From contig NW_024704743.1 in assembly GCF_018977255.1 (NCBI RefSeq), positions 43,836,001-43,900,000 of the forward strand: a stretch of 64,000 bases of DNA, read 5' to 3'. The number at the start of each line of letters is the position of its first letter. Position 1 is the stretch's first letter. Below are positions 24,561 to 35,796 of the stretch, piece by piece. This DNA is from Callorhinchus milii (taxonomy: Eukaryota). The notes under the pieces are model-generated. The model saw only the letters and a list, made by a program, of their open reading frames with translations. It did no database searches and was not told the DNA's origin. Made by a program: the position numbers and the translations under genes.

Positions 24561-26252
24561 CTAATTCTAAACCTATTTTTTTAAATCTCAAAATGATATA
24601 ATGAATAGTGCTTTATCTCGTTGAAATACTTCAAAGCGCTTTGCAGAGTTTTTCTGCATTATGCAGTTCACTGTATTCAACATGATATATGTTACAATGA
24701 TTTGTTAATCAAAAGTTTTATCCTTGAGCTATAATATATCTTTAGTTTCAAAAGAAATCAGTGAGGAATTCGGGGAACTTAAGATCGTCTCTTGCTATTC
24801 TACCTTTCATAAAATGCGATCAATCCAGAATTGTTAAAATACTTGAAATTAAAGTACATGCCCTCAACAGAAATATGGGTTCATTGGGCTCTCAACACCA
24901 ATATTTTTAATCTGAATTAAATATTATCCAGTGTTTCAAATAAGCATCTTCAGGTTAAATGCAATCAAACATTAACTTATTAAGTGAACTGAAAAGCAGA
25001 TCATTAGAACTTGAAAGAGTGGGTTTCAAGAATCCAATAGGAGGTTTTGGGGGTTAGTAATGTTCTGGCCCCAAAACAGGAACCGTTAAGAGTTATCTGC
25101 ATGTAAGAAACAAATACAGAATTAACCAAAGTTCAGTGCAATCCAGTGTCAGAATATCAATGGTGCACCAATCTATATTTTTATCATAGTCACAGACTGG
25201 CCAGTTTGGATCCATCATACTTCACAATCATAATGACAATCTGCCCCAAGCTGTGAAATGTCTATACATGTGTATGGGGAACTGTGTTAAGTCCAAATCA
25301 ATACTGACTGTGGTTATCTCAGCTCAACCCAAAGTCTCTTCCCCTATCCAATACTATGCAACACACTCATATCGGTAATGTATTATTTTCATGTTTATCG
25401 CCCATAAAATACAGTCAATTCACTTTACAGTATATGTTAAGCGTTTTGAGATGTCTCAATGACATAAGACACTACATCAAATGCAAGGATTATTATTATT
25501 ATGCTCACATAGATTCTACATTGCTTAATCATAATAATGATAATCATTGCATTTAATATACTGATATGATGTTTGAGTTACAGTGTAAACCATTGGATTT
25601 CTTCTAGTGTTTGTTGTGGATGCTATCGAAGTATAGATTGTCTAAAGCGCAATTGTCCCACTATATCCTGTGTTTTTATTCACTCCTTTGCTGATTGGAC
25701 TCATTTTAAATCAATTTCTGTGTAAAAGCAATCAAGAGTAACATATGAGATCAGTTATTTACTTATATGATCTCTGCATTTGTAGACCAGAGTGGCTGAA
25801 TGGGTCCAAAGTGCACCATATTTGTGAAACCACTGGATTGCATTTGCCAATTAATTTATATGAGGTAGGGAAATCCTACAGCCCCCTCCAATGGTAGAAG
25901 TTTGAACAGCACTATTACAATTTACCTATTATTTCTGGAAGGCAATTTTTATTGAAAATGTTAGCATTCAATTTGCCGTTTTTTTTTAAAAAGTTGCATA
26001 TTGGTTACTTTTTTTTCTTTCAAACCTATTGTAGGAGTAGAATCTAATGAAAATGCATCTCGTCTTTAATATTAATGATCCATTCTCCCACAGCAATGTC
26101 TCATGAAGAGCCATAAAATGACTGACCAATTTTATCTGGGGGGATTGTTGGCCAGGACACCAGTTGGCATTCACTTCATGGCTCTTTGTGGAACATTGCC
26201 TGTGCAAATTGGCTGCTATGTTCACCTACAAAATACTTAATCACTAGAGATT

Positions 26253-26564
26253 ATAATAATAATAATCCTTGCATTTGATATAGCGCTTTTCACGTCGGGA
26301 GGACGTCCCAAAGCGCTTCACAGACACACTGTAAAGTGAATTGACTGTATATTTGTGGGCGAACGCGGCAGCCAATTGCGCACAGCAATGTCCCACAAAC
26401 AGTCATGGATTGAAAATGACCAATTTATTATTGTTTTGTTTTTTTGGAGGGATTATTATTAGGCGTGTGGAGTAAGGAAACTTGCCCAAGGTTTCGCCCT
26501 GCCTGGAATTGAACTCAGGTCTCTCACTTGCAAAGCGAGTGCTCTAACCACTGAGCTACAGGAC
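26253..26564 (-). mobile_element. tRNA/CORE SINE, short form, young, L2-identical loop
   Basis: Head nearly identical to the 47.8 and 49.4 kb copies; 3' gcgctttgggacgtcctcccgacgtgaaaagcgc plus (ATT)n; abuts the L2 fragment head-to-head. Confidence 0.93.
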
Positions 26565-27500
26565 ATTACAGTTTCTCTAACGGTTTCTCCTCCAGCCCCC
26601 GCACTGTCACGTCTGGCATCCCCCAGGTCTCTGTCCTTGGCCCTCTCCTCTTTAATATCTACATGCTCCCCCCTTGGTAACATCATCCGCAGACATGGGG
26701 TCAACTTCCATATGTATGCGGATGACACCCAACTCTATCTTTCTGCCTCCAACCTCAACTCCAGGACCACTGCTGTCCTGACAGACTGCCTGTCAGACAT
26801 CAAGTCCTGGATGAGGGCAAATTTCCTACAGTTGAATGTGAACAAGACTGAGGCCCTCCTGATTGGCTCACGCCAGCACCTCTGCACCTCAGGCTCTGGC
26901 AGCATCAACCTCCATGGTTGCACTTCAACTCACCAAACCAGTCAGGAACCGAGGTGTCTTGTTTGACCCTCAACTGTCTTTTCTTCCCCACATCCAAGCC
27001 ATGACCCGCTCTGCCTTCCCTCACCTCCGTAACATTGCCCGACTCCGCCACTGCTTCACCCCTCAGGCCACTGAAACTCTTGTTCATGCCCCCACTCTGT
27101 CCCCAAACTCTGGAATTCCATCCCCTCCAGACTATGCAAATGCCCTGCTTGTCAGCCTTCCCAACTCCTCCCTCCACAGGCTGCAGATAATCCAGAACTC
27201 TGCCGCCCATGTCCTCTCCCGCACCAAACTCCAGGAACCCATCTCCCCCACTCTCGTCCGACTGCACTGACTCCCTATCCTTCAGAGGATCCAGTTCTAG
27301 ATCCTGGTCCTCACCTACAAAGTCCTCCAGGGCCTCGTCCCACCCTACCTCTGCGACCATGCCATCGGCCACCCCCCTTCCCCTCCCCTCCCTTCTCCCC
27401 CCCTGACCCCAGCTCTGGTCTGAAATGCTGTATACTGTCCAGAGCTTTGGGACGTCCTCCCGACGTGAAGGCTATACAAATGTAATCGTGTTGTTGTTGT
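26565..27500 (+). mobile_element. 5'-truncated older L2 LINE fragment (RT C-terminal half and 3' tail)
   Basis: [32 protein letters not shown] motifs with frameshifts; 3' gggacgtcctcccgacgtgaaggc then (GTT)n. Confidence 0.92.
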
Positions 27501-29827
27501 TCTCATGTGAAGCATTCGCAGACTTGTCGATGATATGTTAAGGCACCATACCAAAGCAAGGATAATAATTATTATTATAACTACAGACATTTAACTTTTG
27601 CTAAAGTAACTAAACAGAAGAGTATGGAAAATCTGAGTTTGATGCATTTTTCATTTCGTCTACCCTTTTCAATGCCTCTAAGGGAACCTGACACTTCAAT
27701 GCTATTCAATGTCCAATTTTGATTATACATTGTGGATTCATGCCACTGTAAGTCCTGCCTTTTGACTGTCCAAACACATTGGACTCTTTGAGGATATTAA
27801 TCGGTATATTTACTGACCTTACTCTTGTGGTGCTTTTAATGAGAAGATCCATCTAGATTTATCCACAATTCCTTGATGCAGCGAAAACTGTCCCCATAGC
27901 AGAAGATAATGAAGGTTAAAATTATCATTGGCACAAATCTGATGCTATTTCCTGAAAAAGGTTAATATTACAATAAACTTACCAGCTCCAAGTTCGGCCC
28001 CTGCCACCAAGATACCAGTCTGATACTGTCAGAGGCACAGCATAGCTAATACTAACTATAAATGGGATTTCAAATCACCAAAGCGAGGCGTCAGATTCAG
28101 TGACAGGTTAGTCCTCTGTAGAGGATTTCTTCCTTTCAATTTAATGCTGTATTATATAAACCACTAGTTTCATTAGACAAGGTGAACTGCATCCAGAAAG
28201 CTGGGAAAACTGCAAGTTTATTTAAAAAAATGAGCATTTCTTATCTGCCCTTAGGTGATCTTTTATGGCATAGAAAAGGTAGTTCATGGCTCATGCTGAT
28301 GTGCTGTGATACCTTTGGTTGCAGGAGGATAGTCATTACTTTGAGCACACATGCACAAGTGTATTATTGTATAAGGCATGTTGTACACCATCTGCTGTCA
28401 AGAAGAACCAAGCTAATCTCTAGAAAAAAATTAAAATCAATTGCAAACCGACACCGTTACTCTTCAACAAGCAAGACTGGAATAAGCAGAGACAGCAAAA
28501 TACTTCTCTTGGGAGAATTATTGTACTTTAAGTTATGTTGTCAACAGAAGTTGGTGTGCAAATGAAATGAAAACTCAGTGTTTCAATGAGGACACTGTGA
28601 GATGCTATCCAATTGCACATTATCCAATGCAGGCCTGTATTTTGATTCAAACATACTTCCTATAACAAAACAGTAAATCTACAAGGATTACCATTAATAA
28701 TTTCGCCCTCCAACATTTCAGTACTCAGTGTCCAATATCATGCAGCCTAATAATCTTCAGTGGCCGCTTCGCAACTCTTTAATGTTTGTCTTTATCCACA
28801 CATAACACAATGCATTTTATTTTCCTGCTGTAAGCTTGTCCACATGTACCAACACTGGATTATCTCATTCTTGACTGAAATGCATGTTCTAAATACAACG
28901 AGCTCTCACTTTTCCTTGCATTAACACTGCCATTTGTTTTAAAGGAAGAACAATCATGGCCAGCCTCCAAAGTGTTTCAATTGAACCAAATTGAAACATT
29001 CAAGCGCTCTGAGACGCTACGCTGCGTGGAGGGATAAGTGCAAGTTGTTGTTTTTGTACTATCCTCAGCCAAGGCACCAAGCAGCAGAGGTCTCCTGTGG
29101 TGGCTTCACCATGTGTAAGAGCACACCAGTTAAGGAAAGCTCTGACCTCAGCACCTTTTTGAACAAAATAATATTTTGCAAATTGTCACTTTCAAGTTAA
29201 TTGGCAAAATATGCACATTTGTTTCAACTGAAACACTTTGTGGGCTGGAAATGATTGTTCTTCCTTTAAAACGAATGGCAGTGTTAATGCAAGGAAAAGT
29301 GAACTGTCCTTGCCCACACAGAGAGCTCATTTTCAGCTGCCCCCCACCCCCCCACCCATTCCTCAAATTAGAATTTCACTCTGAGGTCTGTAAAGAATGT
29401 GGTTCCCATGTCTGCAGAGCCATTTATCATGGTATGACAAGGTATAAGTAGACGCGTAGATCTACAGTGGACTAGTTGAAGTAAAATAACTCTGGAATGG
29501 GCTAACTTGCAGTATTTCTTTTCAGGATTCATTAATAAAGATCCCAGTTAGAATTCTTGTCGGATTACAGTAACATGGGAAATACGCATCAGAACTGGAT
29601 CATACTGGAGCAAAATTTCCGCAGGTCAGCATGATGTTCTTCTGTAAAAAAAGACCCCCATTTGTGAACCATTTGAATCCTTCTTTAGGAATGACATTAA
29701 CAAGTACTGCAAATTAAACCCCAAATCTCTGACATGAATAGACCTGAATAAAGAAGGACTCCTATATCTTGTTACTGTGCCACCACAACCAGCAACATGC
29801 AATCTGAAGAAGTCTTGAAAGCTTTAC

Positions 29828-30088
29828 CAGCATTGTTAGGGATTTGGTTGTTGTTGAGTTGCTTTAGCCTCTTCTGATGAGACTTCCCATTGTAGTGAAT
29901 CTGTGCTTGGGTGGCTGAGTTGAGTTGGATGTTGCACAGCTCACACAGTGTGTAACAACTGGTCTGTTTCTTCTCGTGATTTTCATCATTAACTAGCACT
30001 CCCACTTCTTCTGCCGCAGGCATTGAAGAGAAAGCAAAAGTAGTTCCTTTTTCATAGACTTGCTCAGGACTTTGAGGCCTCTTCATGC
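29828..30088 (-). CDS. ZNF385D: Internal coding exon of a ZNF385-family (ZNF385D/C-like) matrin-type C2H2 zinc finger RNA-binding protein
   Basis: Translation MKRPQSPEQ...YTLCELCNIQLNSATQAQIHYNGKSHQKRLKQL has the C-x2-C-x12-H-x5-H matrin finger and the CNIQLNSAxQAQxHxxGKSH signature of ZNF385 proteins. Minus-strand acceptor tttcatttttag|GC ATG (AG at 30090-30089) and donor GCT G|gtaaag (GT at 29827-29826); 261 bp, phase 1 at both ends. Family is confident; paralogue (D vs C/B) is from memory and less certain. Confidence 0.85.
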
Positions 30089-30384
30089 CTAAAAATGAAA
30101 TATATTGGATTACTTAAAAAAAAAGGTCTTCCCAGTGCCAACTCTTTTCCAGCGCTTAAGGAACACAGGAGAATGTCAAGAGGAAGTTAGACTGCAATTC
30201 ACTGAAAGAAGAGTCTGATAATAATAATATTAATAATTGTTTTTACATTTGATATAATGACTTTCATATCAGGAGAACATCTCAAAGCGCTTCATAAAGT
30301 TACTTCTGAAAGCTACTGTGAACAAATTTGTGAACAGCATTATCCCATAAGATCCATGAAGTGAATGACCAATTTTACTAAGAG

Positions 30385-31022
30385 TTACAAAGAATGTACA
30401 GCACGGAAAAGGCCATTCAGGCCAACCAATCTGTGCTGGTGCTTATACTCCATGCAAGTCTCCGCCCATTTCTTTACTCCCTCCCATACTCTTCTATTCC
30501 CCTCTCACTTATGTGAGGGTCCAGCTTCCTCTTGAATGCAGCTACACTGTCTGATTCAAACACTGTTTCAGGCAGCGAGTTCCACAATCCCACTACCGTC
30601 TACATGAAGTAGTTCCTCCTAAATTCTCTTTTTGATTCCCTAGTCACTATCTTATACAGTATTTGTGTTCCCTGATTACGGACTCCCCAACTCGTGGAAA
30701 CAGCCTATTTACGTTAACCTTATCAAACCTTTTTATAATTTTAAATTCTTCTATTAGATTCCCCCACCTTCTCTTCTCTATAGAGAAAAAATAGGTCCAG
30801 CTTATTCATTTTATCCTGATATTAATAACCTGTCAGCCCTGGTATCATCCTCGTAAACCTAAACAAGAAAAGTCAATATCAAAAATATTGTACTCTTTGC
30901 ATCACTGCTGTATCCTTCCTATAGTGTGGAGACCAAAATTGGACACAATACTCCAAATGTGGGCTAACCAAGGTTTGAATTTATATTCTATCTCTGTGGA
31001 TATAAAATCCAAGATCCCATAT
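30385..31022 (-). mobile_element. CR1 LINE 3' fragment
   Basis: aggccattcaggcc 3' end; gtgtggagaccaaaattggacacaatactccaaatgtgggctaacc encodes [15 protein letters not shown] on the minus strand. Confidence 0.85.
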
Positions 31023-31027
31023 GTTTA

Positions 31028-31285
31028 GGGGATTGTTGGCCAGGAAACCAGGAGAAACTCTCTTCTCTTTTCGAATAGTGTCATTGGATCTTCAGAGTTC
31101 ACCCGAATAGGCAGACAGGACCTCAGTTTGATCTCTCATCCGAAAGTCTCATCCAATAATGCAGCACACCCCCAGCACTGCATTGGCGTGTCAACCTAAC
31201 GATATGAGTTCCAAGTTGCAATATGGGGCTTGACCCCACAACCTTCTGGTTCAGAGAAGAGAGAGCAACCACTTAACCAGGCTAA
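31028..31285 (-). mobile_element. Deu-domain SINE (head and Deu); its 3' part probably lies at about 30220-30380, split by a CR1
   Basis: gggattgttggccaggaaaccaggagaaactc...ggggcttgaccccacaaccttctggttcagag; 30220-30380 ends at gaccaatttt, where this segment normally continues. Confidence 0.78.
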
Positions 31286-32724
31286 TAGCTAGGAAACTCA
31301 TGTCATGTGAACAAATTAAAAATTTCATGAAGGGCAGATAGATGTTTGCAATGTTACTTTTCAAATGCTAGAAAATACTAAAGAAGTCAATGTCAAAAAT
31401 ATCAACAGAGATGGAAAGATATCCTTTATAACTGAAAGATGAAGCTGGCGATAGATGAAAGGAATTACCAGAGGCTGAAACCAGCAACATAAACCGTAAT
31501 GATTGGGGGAATAAAATCTAAAATCACATTGATATTCTCATTCCTGTTTTGGTTTATTTGACCTTGGATTTCAGATGACGTTTAAATCCCTTACACTATT
31601 TTGTGGTTGTATTTTGATTATGTTATAACTATGTTTCCTGTATCACGGGAGATTTTTCTGGGAGGGGGGTGACAAATAAGCCAGGGAGAAAGTAATTTTG
31701 AGGGTGAGCATGTAGAAAATGAACTTTCTGCAAGTGTCAGACAACCAGCTGACCAAAAAAAAAGAAAATAACTAGATTTAGTTCACTTTACCCAATAACC
31801 TCACTCTTCTGAAAAATAGTAACTGTGCTGCGTAAGGTCAATAATATTGAGTTTAGGAAGTCACACAGTGACAAATGTCTTACAAGAAGGAAAATAGCTG
31901 AATAGGAAAGGTTATGGTGCTGTCATAATCTTATGATAACATTATCACTGAAAGTAATTTGTTGAGCCATCATGTGCATGCATGAGGGAGAAGGGAATAG
32001 AGGGATATGAGAGAAGCGATGAGGAAGGTGGAGGCTCAAGTGGAGTATAAAGACTGGCACAGAGTAAGTGGACCAAATGGCCTGTATGGAATTCTATGGA
32101 ATTAATGACACTTCTAATGTTTTTAAATATCCATATGTATTCCTTATTTAAAGCACTGTTTAAAGTTATACTTCTGAGTCTTCTGTTATAAATGGGAAGA
32201 TAATATAACCTAAAATCTTACTCAATTGTCCTGGTGTAAGTTATTTGATGCTGAAGCAACATAACTCTGTTCCATGTTTTGGAATATGCGTAGCTATTCC
32301 CCAGTTTACATGATGAATTTCAGAGAACTATAACGGGTTTTTATTTCATGCAGCCTTTCAAATGTAAGGCTCCCTGGGAAAGAACTGGACCTCTGAATTT
32401 ACTCTTTATTACTTTAGGACTTAGGGTTAGCTCAGTTCTTCAGCGAGAGTAAGAGTGCTAAACGTCAGCACCCAAACCAGAAATGCTATGACCATCCCAA
32501 AAGGCAAAGATGACTTTTAGCCTAATAATTCATTATATAGCTATTTCCTCCCAGTATATAAAATATCAGGACAGCATGTTCTGTTAGGATATTTGTAAAA
32601 GGGGAGTCATTACGCTTCTTGTACTTGTTCTCTAACATTGATTTTGTTTCACTTTGGATTTGACCTTGGATTTCAGATGACATTTAAAACAAAGGCTCAA
32701 AGTTTTATCAGGTCTTTCCCTTCA

Positions 32725-32900
32725 AGACCATTTTGCCTTAAAATTTAAGATCTGTCAGAATTGTGGAAATTTCTTAAATTCAGTGATAATTTAGAACACG
32801 TTTTGTATAGTTCTTAAAGTAAAACCGCTTCCAAATTAAGACTGAATTTTAGAATCTTCCACAATTCTGTGTGATGTTAATTTTTAAGGCAAAATGGCCT
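32725..32900. repeat. About 176-bp imperfect palindrome (MITE-like)
   Basis: ccattttgccttaaaa / ttttaaggcaaaatgg; cagaattgtggaa / ttccacaattctg; aaattcagt / actgaattt; short central spacer. Confidence 0.85.
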
Positions 32901-33079
32901 ACCAGACCAAGAATATGTATAATTTCACACCTACGGTGTTTATCTCATCTCCAAAGGTATTGTGTTAGGACTCGTTTCAAGTAAAAGCAGACACAAGTTC
33001 CCAATAACAACCCTGCAGTCCATGTCCTTTCTCACACCAGGCTCTGTGAGTCATCTCCACTCCCAATAGTTCTGCATTC

Positions 33080-33358
33080 CCCAACCGATCAAGGTCCCCA
33101 CTTTCAAATCCCACTGTGTCCTAGTTTACCTCTGCAACCTCCTACAACCTGTTTGCCTCAGCCACTCCTGCCGCTCAGCAAACACCAGCTTGCGCCACGT
33201 TCCCCCGCCCACCCCAGCATTGGTGGGTTAGCCTTCAGCCACTTAGCACCACAAAGTCCCTCTGCCTCCTCACCTTCAAAAAGCTTCTAAAGACAGTCAG
33301 TTCTGTGAAGCATTTTCTTCAGATGTCCTTCTAATGTGAAAGGCAGTGTATAAATGTA
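33080..33358 (+). mobile_element. Old L2 3' end fragment
   Basis: acctctgcaacctccta...ttggtgggttagccttcagcc...gatgtccttctaatgtgaaaggc. Confidence 0.7.
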
Positions 33359-34409
33359 CACTTTAGTTACTATTTCTTCTCAGTCTTGCTTCTTTCTGCT
33401 TTCTTTTACTTGTGTCGGGCAGTCTGCACAAACTCATTATCCTCTTGTTTACTCTTGTTTACACAAACATCATAAATTCTTAACAGCAAACCAGATGTCT
33501 GTCCCTACAGGTGTGGCACAGAAATCCATCTTTTCAACAAGTAAAATAATAGGAGCAAGCATTTTGTTGGTAATCTAACATTCCTGTCTCTTTTCCATCA
33601 TTCCTTGGAGAATCTTGCAGTTTGTATCTAACCTCAACCTTACAACTCTGGGAAACCAGCTCCATGTTTTGTTCTTAGAATGGGTTGCTCAAGTGGAGAT
33701 AAACTATTCTGTTTTGTTCATTTAATCTTCCACAACTACCACATTTTTTCCACATTTTGGCTAATGCTGCAGTGTAGTACATCATTTCTTAAAGACTGGC
33801 TTGAGGCCAGTGACTGTGTTGAGTGGTTTGGATGAGATGTGATGCTCTGTTGCACTAAGTATGATCTACCATGCCACAGGCCAGACAAAATCGGGATATT
33901 TTCATCAGCACAGTAAACTCCTGACTTCCCAGATCCAAGGTATCCGGAATTTGTGCCTAGATAGACCTGGCCCAAAACTGAATATTTATAAAAAAATTCC
34001 ACAGGCTCACGTACAGACTCCTGCCAGCCCACCTCTCTCAACACATGTCCCTGCCTCGCCACCCTTGCTGACCTTCACAGCAGTCAGGGATATCAAGCTT
34101 AACTCCATTTGATTCCTGCAAACAGTTCAGTGTGACTGGTACACACTACATTTATTCTGTACGGGAAAAGGGGAGTGAGTTCAGAGTGACTGCTATGCAC
34201 TTTGTTTATACTGCGCCAGAATAAATCACATCTTTCTAGTCAACACCTCCTCGCTTGTCTCAGCCATTATTCATACCACGTGCTGGACAGACCTGCCAAA
34301 ATCACATTGATTCACTGATGAGCAGTGACAATCAAGGAGAAGATATGGATTCAAAATTTGCTGAAGAGGGAAATAATTAGGGGAGCTAGGTCAAAATGGG
34401 GGGCAGTAT

Positions 34410-35750
34410 TATGCATAGTGGCTCAAGGTCTGTACTTGGACCCCCTCCTGTTCCGTGTAATTATTAATGAACTGGATTTGCAGACCTAGTGGAATGTAGT
34501 TACAGTTGTAGATATGGGGAACTGTGGAGGCAGCAAAGGTTTTACAAAGTAGGAGTATCCATATGGGCTCAGATCTGGTAAATGAAGTTCAACATAGATA
34601 AATTCAGGATGTTGCATATAGAAAGCAAGAATAGGAGGCAAATATAATAATAATAATATTCATTGCATTTGATATAGCACCTTTTCACACCATTGAAACA
34701 TCTCAAAGTGCTTCACAAGATTTATTGTGAAGTGTAGTGACTCTGTATTTGTAGGTGTATTTTTTACTTCATGAATGGAACAGATTTGTCAAGGGGGAAG
34801 CTGAAAGAATCCTAGGGGATTAATTGACTCATTACTCATGGCATCAAACCATGTGAGACAGCAATAAGCAGGTAAACAGGATGCTGGGCTATTTTGCCAA
34901 ATCAATTGAGTTCAGATCCCCAGCAGTCATGAGTAAGCCATATTATACTCTGGTCAGGCTGAATCTTGAATACCCCATCCGATTCTGGTCACCGCTATGT
35001 TAGAGAGTTGGCCAGGCCTTAGAAGCGGAGCAAAGGAGAGCAACAAGGATGATCTTTAAATGAGATTGAGAAACAAACGCAGATTAATATGTTCGGATGC
35101 ACCAAGACAGCTGAACAAGAGGATTCGGCTATCTTGGTGCACCTGGAGTCCTGTAGCTCAGTGGTTAGAGCATTCGCCTCGCGAGTCAGAGACCTGGGTT
35201 GAATTCCAGGCAAGGCAAAATCTTGGGCAAGTTTCCTTACTCCACGTGCCTCTGTTTGCCTAGGAGTAAGTAGGAACCAGATTGTTAGTTGATTGACGGA
35301 TCACTTTTTCAGGGCTACGAATTCCTTTTAAAAAAAATTTGGCACTTCAATCCACAACTATTTGTAGGACTCTGCTGTGTGTAATTGGCTGCCATTTTTC
35401 ACCCACAAAATATACAGTCAATGCACTTTAGAGTTATTCTGCGAAATGTCTTGAGACGTCTCAAAGATATGATGAGGCGCTATATCAAATGCAAGAATTA
35501 TTATCATTAGCAGTAGTAGCACTATTATTATCTGAGGGTTTCAAGGGCAATTTCAGGACAAACACCAGGAAGTATTTATTTCCCTAGAGTATAATTAACT
35601 CGCAGAGCAGGTTGCCAGGGTGATTGAAGCTTATACACTGGACACATTTCAAAACCAGCTTGATGCTGTAATGGGAGGGTGTAGTGGAAGGATGAGATCA
35701 ATGGGCTGAAGGAACCTTCTTTATCTGAACCGCTCGTGATCTTATGGATT
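34410..35750 (+). mobile_element. Degenerate CR1 RT/3' region carrying two nested SINEs (34645-34757 and 35145-35508)
   Basis: caaggtctgtacttggaccccctcctgtt ([14 protein letters not shown]), atgaagttcaacatagataaa, cttgaataccccatccgattctggtcacc; resumes after the SINE to gatcaatgggctgaagg. Confidence 0.75.
35145..35508 (+). mobile_element. tRNA/CORE SINE, long form, nested in CR1
   Basis: ggagtcctgtagctcagtggttagagca...ttgggcaagtttccttactccacgtgcctctgtttgcctaggagtaagtaggaacc...atcaaatgcaagaattatt. Confidence 0.92.
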
Positions 35751-35777
35751 AAAGTAGCATTTGTATTACAGATACAG

Positions 35778-35796
35778 CCTCCACTAGAGGGCACCT
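35778..35796 (+). promoter_or_regulatory. Candidate CTCF binding site
   Basis: CCACTAGAGGGCAC (35781-35794) fits the CTCF core CCASYAGRKGGCRS; motif match only. Confidence 0.5.

Noticed and set aside
29772..29827. C-terminal part of the 104-aa ORF (KAFKTSSDCMLLVVVAQ)
   Set aside because: Lies beyond the GTAAAG donor; intron read-through.
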